A program made the translations under genes and the position numbers. Shown piece by piece: positions 9,814 to 17,732 of a stretch of DNA of 39,345 nucleotides. Source of the DNA: a virus (Duplodnaviria > Caudoviricetes); the IMG/VR virus record IMGVR_UViG_3300027732_001882, positions 1 to 39,345 of that record, one strand, 5' to 3'. Numbering within the stretch: the stretch's first letter is position 1; the number at the start of each line of letters is the position of its first letter. Below the pieces are notes generated by a model. The model saw nothing but the letters and a program-made list of their open reading frames with translations, searched no databases and was not told where the DNA came from.

Positions 9814-10601
9814 AATATGAATCCTGAATAATTATCAATGTTTGATCCTACTGCTTGTAGGTCGGTTGACATTTCAACTCCTAACAGTTTGAAGTACAGA
9901 TTCCGCCATTCCATTCCCATGTGTGTAGAATTATTTTGCCACATGGCTGTAATTAATGCAAGAGCCTCATCTGATGAATTACTATTGTATAATATTTTTT
10001 TAATTTCTTTTGTAATTCCAGTCTGCAACTCACCATTGACACTATCAACTGTTTTATCAAAGCCATCAGGCGTAGTGCCACTGAAGTAGTCATTGATATA
10101 CAATTCCATTGGAGACATATTAAAAAACATCTCGCATATTTTTGCCGAGTGCCAGGCTTGAATAACAAACTGTGCATATGACTTAAAAGCCATAAATGTA
10201 TTAAAATTATCTGACTGTGCTTTGTAGTCGGTTGGCATGTCAATGACATGCACCAAGGATTCGGCTGGTGCTTTCCTGATTACTGGAATTTGTCGGTTAT
10301 ACAACACATTGCCGCCAGCGGCTAAGAAAGATTTGTTTGCCAGTGTGTATTCGTGGCAATTGTTATTATCAATGAAAGTATCACTTATTGTTAAGATACA
10401 AACTGCAATGCCGGGCATTTTACCACTTAATATCTGTGCCACTTCGAAAGAAGTATACGGATCAAATGCATCTACTGCAAAAAATCTATCAACACCGGGA
10501 CTGTAATATGTATTTGCATTGGTCCGTTTTTTAAATCCATTCATGTGAATCCATGCTGTCAGTGAATCATATGTTTTATCCCACATTGTATTTTCCTTCA
10601 T
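9810..10601 (-). CDS. hypothetical protein
   Basis: Long ORF; start placed at ATG 10601 just after the ATAAGTA motif. Confidence 0.7.
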   Translation of the reverse strand: MKENTMWDKTYDSLTAWIHMNGFKKRTNANTYYSPGVDRFFAVDAFDPYTSFEVAQILSGKMPGIAVCILTISDTFIDNNNCHEYTLANKSFLAAGGNVLYNRQIPVIRKAPAESLVHVIDMPTDYKAQSDNFNTFMAFKSYAQFVIQAWHSAKICEMFFNMSPMELYINDYFSGTTPDGFDKTVDSVNGELQTGITKEIKKILYNSNSSDEALALITAMWQNNSTHMGMEWRNLYFKLLGVEMSTDLQAVGSNIDNYSGFIL

Positions 10602-10611
10602 TGTGCGGTAC

Positions 10612-11490
10612 TTATGGCCAATTAAATCCACTGGCTTCGTCAATATCTTCAATTTTAATCACAACAGATCGAGTTGTGATGGTATTCATATAATTTTTTA
10701 ATCGTTCGCTGACCAAATCATTTCGAACCTTCTTACTTGGACTGCCAAGTACTATGATATCAAAGTCTTGATTTTTATAACTTACCAACATGTCAATGCA
10801 CCATCCAGCAGGATTGGTAAATCCTGTTTTACCAATTTTGATATCGTATTGACCGGCAAATGCATTGGTGTTATTGACCACTAACTTTTGCCACATGCCT
10901 CGCTTGTTTTGTGCGTTCGAGCTTGATGTCTTGCTCATTGCAGTTTCTTTAAAAATTGCGTATTTGATCAGCGAACGATTTAACAAATGTAAATCCCATG
11001 CAGTACTTGTGTTTAACATGAGGCCGGTTGGTTCAATGAAAGATGTGTTCTTCATTTCCAGGCGTTGCGCCGTGGCATTCATTTCTGCGATGAATAGGTC
11101 ATAACCCATTGGGTGATGCACAGCCAGTAGTTTTGCCGCAAGATTATCACTAGAGACCAGTGCAAGGTGTAATAGTTCTCTACGGGTAATTATCATACCA
11201 AGTTTAAGAACTCTGCTACCTTCTATTCGCTGAGGTATAACTGGTAATCTTTCGTCAAGGTCTACTCGGCTTTCCAGCACAACAAACGCAGTCATTAATT
11301 TTGTTACACTGGCAATTGGCATCACCCGGTGGATGTTTAATTCATCAGCAATTGTGTTGGTTGTTTTATTGAAAACTAATATTGCTTGAGCGGGTTCAGC
11401 AGGTGGTTTATTTGTTTTCTTTTTTGCCTGGGCAGGCATTGAACACATTACAACAATAAGTGGCCCGGCCAGCAGGAATCGAACCCACAT
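10612..11490 (-). CDS. peptidase S11 (D-alanyl-D-alanine endo/carboxypeptidase, PBP7/PbpG-like)
   Basis: ASVTKLMT (SxxK), SDN and KTGFT motifs; signal-like N-terminus from ATG 11490. Confidence 0.88.
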   Translation of the reverse strand: MWVRFLLAGPLIVVMCSMPAQAKKKTNKPPAEPAQAILVFNKTTNTIADELNIHRVMPIASVTKLMTAFVVLESRVDLDERLPVIPQRIEGSRVLKLGMIITRRELLHLALVSSDNLAAKLLAVHHPMGYDLFIAEMNATAQRLEMKNTSFIEPTGLMLNTSTAWDLHLLNRSLIKYAIFKETAMSKTSSSNAQNKRGMWQKLVVNNTNAFAGQYDIKIGKTGFTNPAGWCIDMLVSYKNQDFDIIVLGSPSKKVRNDLVSERLKNYMNTITTRSVVIKIEDIDEASGFNWP

Positions 11491-11535
11491 TCTAGAGGTA
11501 GAAGCTCTATGTACTATCCATTGTACTATGGCCAG
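11461..11535 (-). tRNA. tRNA-Arg(TCT)
   Basis: Cloverleaf, anticodon arm TAGAG-CTTCTAC-CTCTA, GTTCGA T-loop, CCA. Confidence 0.85.
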
Positions 11536-11545
11536 ATGAATCAAT

Positions 11546-11761
11546 TTAAACGATCTTACCAAGGACTTGATAGATAAGTTGGTCCAACTCTTGCTGATAG
11601 TCTTTGCCGAATCTACGCTTTAAATAAATTGACTCAAGTATTTCTTTAGAATCGAGATCGCATTCGGGAGGCAAGTTACCTCTAGACTCCAATTCTTCAA
11701 TCAGGTCTTCAGTATCAAAATCACTTAGACTTACTTCAACTTCTGTATAGACTGTTGGCAT
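11546..11761 (-). CDS. hypothetical acidic protein
   Basis: 71-aa ORF with an AAGG RBS. Confidence 0.7.
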   Translation of the reverse strand: MPTVYTEVEVSLSDFDTEDLIEELESRGNLPPECDLDSKEILESIYLKRRFGKDYQQELDQLIYQVLGKIV

Positions 11762-11778
11762 GTTTGACCTTTAAATTG

Positions 11779-11862
11779 TGGTGCCCCAGGTCGGACTCGA
11801 ACCGACACGCCTTTCGGCACTGGCTTCTAAGACCAGCGTGGCTACCATTACACCACCGGGGC
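11779..11862 (-). tRNA. tRNA-Leu(TAG)
   Basis: Cloverleaf with long V-arm, loop CTTAGAA, CCA. Confidence 0.93.
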
Positions 11863-11872
11863 AAAAAAAACT

Positions 11873-12037
11873 TTACTTACGCTGTCCTTCTTTTGGCTCT
11901 CTCTTGACAACTACACCAGCGGCCAACTCTGCTTGAATCATTGCGGCCTTCCAAGCATTGCGCTTGGTTGTATCAACAATGCTACACAGCATACGCTTGG
12001 TTGTTTTACTTAATCGAAATGTTTTACCTGGCTTCAT
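11873..12037 (-). CDS. 54-aa basic protein
   Basis: MKPGKTFRLSKTTKRMLCSIVDTTKRNAWKAAMIQAELAAGVVVKREPKEGQRK*. Confidence 0.6.
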   Translation of the reverse strand: MKPGKTFRLSKTTKRMLCSIVDTTKRNAWKAAMIQAELAAGVVVKREPKEGQRK

Positions 12038-12059
12038 ACTATACTTTCGTTGTTGTGTT

Positions 12060-12149
12060 TGGCGGAACGACTCGGACTCGAACCGAGAACCCGGATTACG
12101 CCGAGCGACAGATTAGCAATCTGCTCTAATACCATTATAGGACCGTTCC
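12060..12149 (-). tRNA. tRNA-Ser(GCT)
   Basis: Long V-arm, loop TTGCTAA, G73, CCA. Confidence 0.93.
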
Positions 12150-12222
12150 AAATTTTTACTTTGTAAAATTTATTATAAGCTATTTAAGCCGCTGTTGTCA
12201 ATGATTTGTTGATAAATATTCC

Positions 12223-12780
12223 ATGGAATTGTATAAAAACTTTGACCTATCATATGGACCATTGTCTTCAACTGGGTTGCGATTATTAAAAAAAATTAGG
12301 TCCAGGAATGTATACAGTAGATATACCATTGACAGTGCCAGGCATGTTGATCACAATGTGATCGGTTTCTTTGCAGAAAGAGGTTTGCGGATTCGGGGTT
12401 GCGAACTTTTTTACTACCCAACCAATTTTACTTCGATGATTCATACTGACGGTGCTGATGTAGATTACATGATGCCAGGAAATATGGCCAAGATTAATTA
12501 TATTTCCAACTCCAGTAGCGGTGTTCTAAACTGGTACACTCCAAAAGTAACAAAAGTGTCGCGTAAAAATACCAACTCAAACAATTATGCTAGCTTTACA
12601 GCAGATCAGGTAAATTTGCTGTACAGCAAACATCTTGGTGGATACAACATTGTACAAACTGGAATCCCACACAATGTAACAACCACAGAAGAAACTCGAT
12701 ACACAGTCTCTTTTACAGTGACTGACGCAACAAACAAGTTGCTACCTTATGAATTACTAGCATCTAAGATTTTTAAATAA
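12223..12780 (+). CDS. HxD...H cupin/Fe(II) oxygenase-like protein, antisense within tRNA cluster 1
   Basis: IHTD...KINY...PHNV...RYTVS. Confidence 0.65.
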   Translation: MELYKNFDLSYGPLSSTGLRLLKKIRSRNVYSRYTIDSARHVDHNVIGFFAERGLRIRGCELFYYPTNFTSMIHTDGADVDYMMPGNMAKINYISNSSSGVLNWYTPKVTKVSRKNTNSNNYASFTADQVNLLYSKHLGGYNIVQTGIPHNVTTTEETRYTVSFTVTDATNKLLPYELLASKIFK

Positions 12781-12790
12781 CAAACTACAA

Positions 12791-12867
12791 TGGTACCCCG
12801 GGAGAGATTCGAACTCTCAACACCCTCCTTTTGAGAGAGGTGCGTCTACCAATTGCGCCACCGGGGT
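12791..12867 (-). tRNA. tRNA-Leu(CAA), short variable loop
   Basis: CCTCT-CTCAAAA-GGAGG arm, A73, CCA, 77 nt. Confidence 0.88.
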
Positions 12868-12875
12868 ATTGACTT

Positions 12876-12950
12876 TGGTCTCACCAACAGGAATCGAACC
12901 TGTATCCGAGTCTTAGGAGGACCCTATTCTATCCATTGAACTACAGTGAG
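12876..12950 (-). tRNA. tRNA-Arg(CCT)
   Basis: Loop CTCCTAA, CCA. Confidence 0.9.
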
Positions 12951-12953
12951 CAT

Positions 12954-13045
12954 TGGCGGAAACGGTGAGATTCGAACTCACGGGAGGTTTAACCCTCCGC
13001 TAGTTTTCAAGACTAGTGCCATAAACCGGACTCGGCCACATTTCC
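12954..13045 (-). tRNA. tRNA-Ser(TGA)
   Basis: Loop CTTGAAA, long V-arm, CCA. Confidence 0.93.
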
Positions 13046-13053
13046 TTTACACT

Positions 13054-13127
13054 TGGCGGGCTCTGAGAGACTCGAACTCCCACTAACGGTTTTGGAGACC
13101 GCAGTACTGCCATTATACTAAGAACCC
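13054..13127 (-). tRNA. tRNA-Trp(CCA)
   Basis: Loop CTCCAAA, G73, CCA. Confidence 0.92.
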
Positions 13128-13268
13128 TTAAAACTCTTTCTTAAAAATTGGAATCATTATTGCCGGTATTGTTGTGCAACCTTGTTCGTTGGGCACAGAG
13201 CAAGTTTTTGGTATTGCACCACATGCACCAACTGATACAAGTACACACATTGACAATAATTTTTTCAT
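13128..13268 (-). CDS. 46-aa putative lipoprotein
   Basis: MKKLLSMCVLVSVGA-C lipobox-like signal, with two further Cys. Confidence 0.65.
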   Translation of the reverse strand: MKKLLSMCVLVSVGACGAIPKTCSVPNEQGCTTIPAIMIPIFKKEF

Positions 13269-13275
13269 GATATCC

Positions 13276-13352
13276 TGGTAGCCTCACTCTGACTCGAACA
13301 GAGGACCTATGCGTTATCAACACATTGCTCTAACCAACTGAGCTATGAGGCT
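13276..13352 (-). tRNA. tRNA-Ile(GAT)
   Basis: Loop TTGATAA, CCA. Confidence 0.92.
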
Positions 13353-13372
13353 ATAAACTTACTTATAAATTT

Positions 13373-13446
13373 TGGCACGGGAACTAGGACTCGAACCTAG
13401 AACGACACAGTCAAAGTGTGTTGTGTTACCATTACACCATTCCCGA
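13373..13446 (-). tRNA. tRNA-Gln(TTG)
   Basis: Loop CTTTGAC, G73, CCA. Confidence 0.92.
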
Positions 13447-13454
13447 ACAGAAAC

Positions 13455-13530
13455 TGGTACCAAGAGTTGGACTCGAACCAACCACACCCTGTGCTTCAAA
13501 CAGGTGCTCTACCAGATGAGCTATCTTGGC
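13455..13530 (-). tRNA. tRNA-Phe(GAA)
   Basis: Loop TTGAAGC, CCA. Confidence 0.9.
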
Positions 13531-13544
13531 ATAAACTTATTAGG

Positions 13545-13615
13545 GGTGACCTACGGGGGTTGAACCCGTACTAACAGAATCACAATCTGTGGTGCTACCG
13601 CTACACTAAGGTCAC
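13545..13615 (-). tRNA. tRNA-His(GTG), no encoded G-1 or CCA
   Basis: Loop TTGTGAT, C73 followed by CCT. Confidence 0.88.
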
Positions 13616-13629
13616 ACCTAATAAGTCTT

Positions 13630-13703
13630 TGGTAGGGGTGCTCGGGAACGATCCGAGTTTTACTGGTTAAAAGCCAGTTACTTCACCTTAAAGTTTCACC
13701 CCC
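13630..13703 (-). tRNA. tRNA-Lys(TTT), atypical T-loop
   Basis: ACTGG-CTTTTAA-CCAGT arm, T-loop ATCGTTC, CCA. Confidence 0.85.
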
Positions 13704-13820
13704 ATTAATTTCTCTCTTTTGCGCTTGTCGTTCTGATTTCCAGAACACACGCTTCCATTCCTTAAGGTGTTTCCACCATTGTGGTGAACGAGTTAACGTC
13801 CCTTTCTTGACACTGGCCAT
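13683..13820 (-). CDS. 45-aa basic Trp-rich protein; 3' end overlaps tRNA-Lys
   Basis: AAGGAG RBS. MASVKKGTLTRSPQWWKHLKEWKRVFWKSERQAQKREINGGETLR*. Confidence 0.65.
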   Translation of the reverse strand: MASVKKGTLTRSPQWWKHLKEWKRVFWKSERQAQKREINGGETLR

Positions 13821-13840
13821 AACAGGCTCTCCTTTAAAAT

Positions 13841-13915
13841 TGGTGGTAATGGTAAGAATCGAACTTACACTGGACTGCGTATGAAGCAGGCGCACTACCG
13901 TTATGCTACATTACC
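13841..13915 (-). tRNA. tRNA-Met(CAT), elongator-like
   Basis: Loop TTCATAC, paired G1-C72, CCA. Confidence 0.82.
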
Positions 13916-13916
13916 T

Positions 13917-13994
13917 TGGAGTACGGAGTGAGATTTGAACTCACGACTTTACTGGTTTGCAATCAGTTCCCTTGGACCTCTCGGGCATCCGTAC
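13917..13994 (-). tRNA. tRNA-Cys(GCA)
   Basis: Loop TTGCAAA, U73, CCA. Confidence 0.92.
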
Positions 13995-14000
13995 ACAAAT

Positions 14001-14075
14001 TGGCGCCCTGTGATGGAATCGAACCACCATCCTGAGTTTCGAAGACTCTAATTCTATCCATTGAACTAACAGGGC
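14001..14075 (-). tRNA. tRNA-Arg(TCG)
   Basis: Loop CTTCGAA, CCA. Confidence 0.9.
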
Positions 14076-14080
14076 ATGAT

Positions 14081-14155
14081 TGGTGGGCCAGTCTGGAATT
14101 GAACCAGAACTCAACCGATTATGAGTCGGACGCTTTACCATTAAGCTACTGGCCC
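14081..14155 (-). tRNA. tRNA(CAT), probable Ile2 (lysidine-type)
   Basis: CCGA-CTCATAA-TCGG arm and GGGCC acceptor resemble bacterial ileX. Confidence 0.8.
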
Positions 14156-14163
14156 ATTGAAAT

Positions 14164-14248
14164 TGGTGGAGTATCCTGGGATCGAACCAGGCGTGCCCGA
14201 AGGCGGCGGATTTACAGTCCACTGCATCACCATTGATGCTTCTACTCC
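14164..14248 (-). tRNA. tRNA-Tyr(GTA)
   Basis: Loop CTGTAAA, long V-arm, CCA. Confidence 0.92.
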
Positions 14249-14256
14249 ATGTAGAA

Positions 14257-14285
14257 ATTATAACACACTGACACGCAAATGTCAA
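14257..14285 (-). promoter_or_regulatory. consensus sigma70 promoter directly upstream of tRNA-Tyr
   Basis: TTGACA-N17-TATAAT. Confidence 0.85.
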
Positions 14286-14290
14286 TGTGT

Positions 14291-14358
14291 GTATTAAAGC
14301 ATACTCGGCTTGTGGCCTTGTCCCCTAAACATTCTAGTTTTGGAATATGCTTTAATAC
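14291..14358 (-). ncRNA. candidate stem-closed small RNA A
   Basis: GTATTAAAGCATATT...AGTATGCTTTAATAC terminal stem. Confidence 0.5.
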
Positions 14359-14370
14359 GATCTAATTTTT

Positions 14371-14450
14371 CCTCCCACACAAGGGATTCCATCCTAGTCG
14401 CCGCCCATTTGCCCATGTTTAGAGTGCGGGCTAGGATCTCGTTTCCTACT
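14371..14450 (-). ncRNA. candidate structured RNA directly after terminator 1
   Basis: ATCCTAG/CTAGGAT stem enclosing a GCCCG/TGGGC hairpin; GC-rich and non-coding. Confidence 0.4.
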
Positions 14451-14455
14451 ACACT

Positions 14456-14493
14456 AAAAGAAAAACCCCTGGAGCCTTTCGAGTCCAGGGGTT
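14456..14493 (-). terminator. intrinsic terminator of attenuator 1
   Basis: AACCCCTGGA/TCCAGGGGTT stem followed by TTTCTTTT. Confidence 0.85.
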
Positions 14494-14513
14494 AAGTAAA
14501 CGGTCTGATTACT

Positions 14514-14633
14514 TTATCCTGGACATGCTCCTAGAATATGGCGAACACGATAGCTCATACTAAAGGAGTCACAGAATGACATGCTCTGTTTTGAGCACCA
14601 CTGCGATAGTCTTGATATGAATGTGTTCGTCAT
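14514..14633 (-). CDS. 39-aa leader peptide of tRNA cluster 1
   Basis: MTNTFISRLSQWCSKQSMSFCDSFSMSYRVRHILGACPG*; ATG 7 nt after the -10 box; 3' end overlaps the antiterminator. Confidence 0.75.
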   Translation of the reverse strand: MTNTFISRLSQWCSKQSMSFCDSFSMSYRVRHILGACPG

Positions 14634-14640
14634 AGTAATC

Positions 14641-14669
14641 ATTGTACACTTACTTAGCCTCGTTGTCAA
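14641..14669 (-). promoter_or_regulatory. sigma70 promoter for leader 1
   Basis: TTGACA-N17-TACAAT. Confidence 0.8.
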
Positions 14670-14719
14670 CCTCTGTTTGACTTATAGGCAAAAAACTTTG
14701 TTTTGTTTGACAAGTATCA

Positions 14720-14770
14720 AGTATAACACTCAATGCCGGCATTGTCAACCGGTGTTGTATTTTTACAACA
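14720..14770 (-). promoter_or_regulatory. upstream sigma70 promoter with palindromic operator
   Basis: TTGACA-N17-TATACT (14720-14748) and TGTTGTA-N4-TACAACA (14753-14770). Confidence 0.75.
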
Positions 14771-14879
14771 TTATGTGAAGTAGATCCACGGTATATTTTG
14801 AGGGGTGGCCAGTGGCAGACAGGCCCAGTTCTGTGTTGACTTCACTCAGACTGATTGCTCCGGATGTTGGTAATGCCAT
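14763..14879 (-). pseudogene. truncated N-terminal copy of the Gly-rich adhesin gene
   Basis: MALPTSGAISLSEVNTELGLSAT versus MTIRSSGALPASEINTELGLSST of 15532-16551, then an early stop. Confidence 0.65.
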
Positions 14880-14882
14880 AAT

Positions 14883-15170
14883 TTAATACTTGTCTTTTGT
14901 AAATAGGTTTATTAGCACAGTTCCATCTTCTAGAGCTTCAAACTCATGCCACTCATTTCCTTTAAGGTTAATAGGTGTACTATTTTTATCTATTACCTTT
15001 TCAATATTTTCTTTTCTTATAACTAAGAGACCTGCTTGACACAAGGTTAGATGTGCATAGTCATGTGTGTGTTTCATAACGCCCTCACCCTTATTAAGGT
15101 GGTATATTGTTAAGATTGAATTATCATAATGAACAATGTGTACGGGTCCTACATCTATTAGATTTGTCAT
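14883..15170 (-). CDS. cupin-domain protein
   Basis: HTHDYAH...WHEFEALED. Confidence 0.8.
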   Translation of the reverse strand: MTNLIDVGPVHIVHYDNSILTIYHLNKGEGVMKHTHDYAHLTLCQAGLLVIRKENIEKVIDKNSTPINLKGNEWHEFEALEDGTVLINLFTKDKY

Positions 15171-15532
15171 AAATTCTCTGCTCCACTAACAATGGGTTGA
15201 TATGCATCTTTTATATAGAACTCTAGTGAGTTTATATACTCTAGTTTAATTTCATTTTGTCTATCTAATGCAGTACTTAAAGAATTAAACATTTCATGAT
15301 GGCCAGTCAATGTATTAAACACATAAAATTTATTATGCTCTACATCATTTTCTAAATCTGCTTTAACCCATGTTTCATTATTTTCATCATCAACAATTGC
15401 TTTTACAATTGTAAATCTATCTGCTTGTTCTAGTAGTACTTGTTCTTTAAGCGGTATTATTTTTTCTTCTGCTTCTGTTAAAGTAACGAATTCAAAAATT
15501 TCTTCTGAAAGAGGTTTATATAATCTATACAT
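15167..15532 (-). CDS. hypothetical protein (possible fibre accessory)
   Basis: 121-aa ORF translationally coupled to the adhesin gene. Confidence 0.7.
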   Translation of the reverse strand: MYRLYKPLSEEIFEFVTLTEAEEKIIPLKEQVLLEQADRFTIVKAIVDDENNETWVKADLENDVEHNKFYVFNTLTGHHEMFNSLSTALDRQNEIKLEYINSLEFYIKDAYQPIVSGAENL

Positions 15533-16551
15533 TACGAGACTGCTCCATAAACTCTAGATGTGTCACCAGAGACCCAAGTAATTGTTTTACCATTGAGGTT
15601 GACCGCTTTACCACCTGCGCCACCACCACCACCCGAAGCACCCCAACCACCGCCGCCACCACCAGCATATGATGTACCAGCACTACCAGCACTACCACCC
15701 CCGCCGCCAGCACCGCCGTTCATTCTCATATATGGAGCAGATGCAACACCGCCAGCACCACCAGATCCTGGAAGTATTCGGCCACCACCTCCACCACCGC
15801 CTCTACCTGTTACTGTCATACTTGGGCAAAAACCACCAGCCGTGGTTGAGCCTCCACCACCACCAGCACCTCCACCTGCGCCACCGTCAGCGCCACCACG
15901 AGGAACAGCCCCGTTGCCACCAGCAGAACCAGCAGCGCCTGGCCCGCCACCACCACCACCTGCACCATTTGTATTCCCGCCTGAGCCAGCGCCACCATCA
16001 CCACCGCCTGCTCCACCACCACCGCCGCCGCCTGTCCCTGGATTGCTACCAGCACCTCCACCACCCGCAATATAGGCAGATCCATTGGTATTGTTAACAG
16101 TTGTATTAAAGCCAAGTTGAAGTGCTATACCTCCTGCACCACCATTACCATTACCACCTTTGCCTATAATAAATCCATTATTTACAAGTGTAACTGTATC
16201 ACCAGTGGAGCCACCTGTTAATGTTAGACCCGGAGTTCCTGTCCCGGTTGAATAAACATATATGCCGGAGTTGACTGTAATAGTCACATCTGTCGCACCG
16301 GCAACATACCCGCCCAAAGCGGCTATGTTCAACGAAGCATTTGTTGTGTTTGTTGAATATGCGTAACTCACGGCTGTTCTGGCGGGTATGTTGCTTTTGC
16401 CATAAAAGTTGCTGAATGCAATAGCACCAGATGCAACGCCAGCTAGGCCTCTAGGTACTGCTCCACCAATGGCAATTTGTGCAGTTGAAGATAGCCCAAG
16501 TTCTGTATTAATTTCTGACGCTGGTAGCGCACCTGACGATCTGATTGTCAT
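15532..16551 (-). CDS. glycine-rich receptor-binding adhesin, T-even gp38-like
   Basis: NNGFIIGKGGNG, IAGGGG, polyglycine tracts and C-terminal GAGGKAV...W...VYGA. Confidence 0.75.
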   Translation of the reverse strand: MTIRSSGALPASEINTELGLSSTAQIAIGGAVPRGLAGVASGAIAFSNFYGKSNIPARTAVSYAYSTNTTNASLNIAALGGYVAGATDVTITVNSGIYVYSTGTGTPGLTLTGGSTGDTVTLVNNGFIIGKGGNGNGGAGGIALQLGFNTTVNNTNGSAYIAGGGGAGSNPGTGGGGGGGAGGGDGGAGSGGNTNGAGGGGGGPGAAGSAGGNGAVPRGGADGGAGGGAGGGGGSTTAGGFCPSMTVTGRGGGGGGGRILPGSGGAGGVASAPYMRMNGGAGGGGGSAGSAGTSYAGGGGGGWGASGGGGGAGGKAVNLNGKTITWVSGDTSRVYGAVS

Positions 16552-16616
16552 ATAAATAACCCATGTTAACTTAAATTCAACTCTAAGTTATATGGACTAT
16601 TTATTTTGGACCGCTA

Positions 16617-17027
16617 TTATTTTGTCTTTTGACCCAGTTCTTGGTACCCCGACCAGCTGGGGTGTATGGCATCTGTTTGTAGTTTTTTAGTGCCAATGAT
16701 TGTGTCATTAAAGTTTCGAGCAATGATTTCAACTATTTCATTCACAGCTGGTTTGCAGAATTTGTCATTGCAGGGCGGCATGATCCAAAATACATGATCA
16801 GCATCCACACGCTGTCGCATGGCCATCAATTCCCGAAAGGTATTGACACCGGTATGATCGTTTGTGCCCAGGCTGATGATTACATTGCGGGCAGTTAGAT
16901 CTCGACCAGGATACATACGATTCCATTGTGCTGTGTTGATTCCACCTTTGCCTACCAGCGCACATTCTTGTCGGAATTGATGTGTGCCTACTGCAATACT
17001 GTCACCTAAGATCAAACATTCTAACAT
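16617..17027 (-). CDS. SGNH/GDSL hydrolase
   Basis: LGDSI, LGTND and DAIHP; start at ATG 17027 after GGAG. Confidence 0.85.
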   Translation of the reverse strand: MLECLILGDSIAVGTHQFRQECALVGKGGINTAQWNRMYPGRDLTARNVIISLGTNDHTGVNTFRELMAMRQRVDADHVFWIMPPCNDKFCKPAVNEIVEIIARNFNDTIIGTKKLQTDAIHPSWSGYQELGQKTK

Positions 17028-17090
17028 AATTTCTCCAAAAGAAAAGCGATTACTGTTAGTATACAGCAATCGCCATAGATTGTCAATGGG

Positions 17091-17732
17091 TTAGCAGTAG
17101 CCTAGGCGTTCTAGTCTGGCAACCAATTCAGTCCAGGGTATTTGATCTTTAACTTCTACTGTAATTTGAATTCTATTGACCGAGCAATCTGGTCCTTGTA
17201 CTCTATGTGCAAGTTCGGTCCGATTCCAGCATGGTCCAGGATCATCAATTGCAAATGCAGAATCTGTACCCCAATCATCTATTGTAGATTTATAACTGTA
17301 GGCAATGCGTGGTTGGCCATATCGAAGTTCGGTAAAAACTCTTTCTTTTATTTTATCACTATCAACTCCATCATTCCACCATTCTAATTTGACAGGACTA
17401 CGCCCAAAGTAAGGAATGTTAAAGCGAGCAACGCACGGGATGCCGCGCACAAATGCATCAAGATGGGCTGTTTTTGTATTTTGATTCTTATGTCCAATGA
17501 ATCCAGAAAAGCGTCTGACACTGAGTCCAAGGCTGTCAAAATGATCTACCACTGCTTGTCGTTGCGGCCAATCAGAAAAGGAATCTTGCAATAGGTCAAC
17601 TCGTTCAAATGCACCTTTAAAGGTATTCAAAGCCGGCATTAATTTTGGTACAATGTTATTTTTTACCCATTCTAAATCTGCTGATGTTGGCTCAAAAGAA
17701 GGCATTGGAATGTGATAGTTTTTATTTGACAT
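17091..17732 (-). CDS. HxD...H cupin/Fe(II) oxygenase-like protein
   Basis: AHLD...RFNIP...AHRV...RIQIT. Confidence 0.6.
   Translation of the reverse strand: MSNKNYHIPMPSFEPTSADLEWVKNNIVPKLMPALNTFKGAFERVDLLQDSFSDWPQRQAVVDHFDSLGLSVRRFSGFIGHKNQNTKTAHLDAFVRGIPCVARFNIPYFGRSPVKLEWWNDGVDSDKIKERVFTELRYGQPRIAYSYKSTIDDWGTDSAFAIDDPGPCWNRTELAHRVQGPDCSVNRIQITVEVKDQIPWTELVARLERLGYC

Noticed and set aside
14385-14446. Possible amber-suppressor or pyrrolysine tRNA (GGAAAC start, CTCTAAA loop)
   Set aside because: There is no T-arm, no proper acceptor stem or CCA, and the anticodon stem is mismatched next to the loop.
13141-14495. Track ORFs overlapping tRNA cluster 1 (13141-13323, 13372-13563, 13941-14285, 14310-14495)
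   Set aside because: They are translations of tRNA or structured-RNA sequence with no RBS or protein motifs.
15560-16097. Plus-strand Pro-rich and His-rich ORFs
   Set aside because: They are antisense shadows of the polyglycine adhesin.
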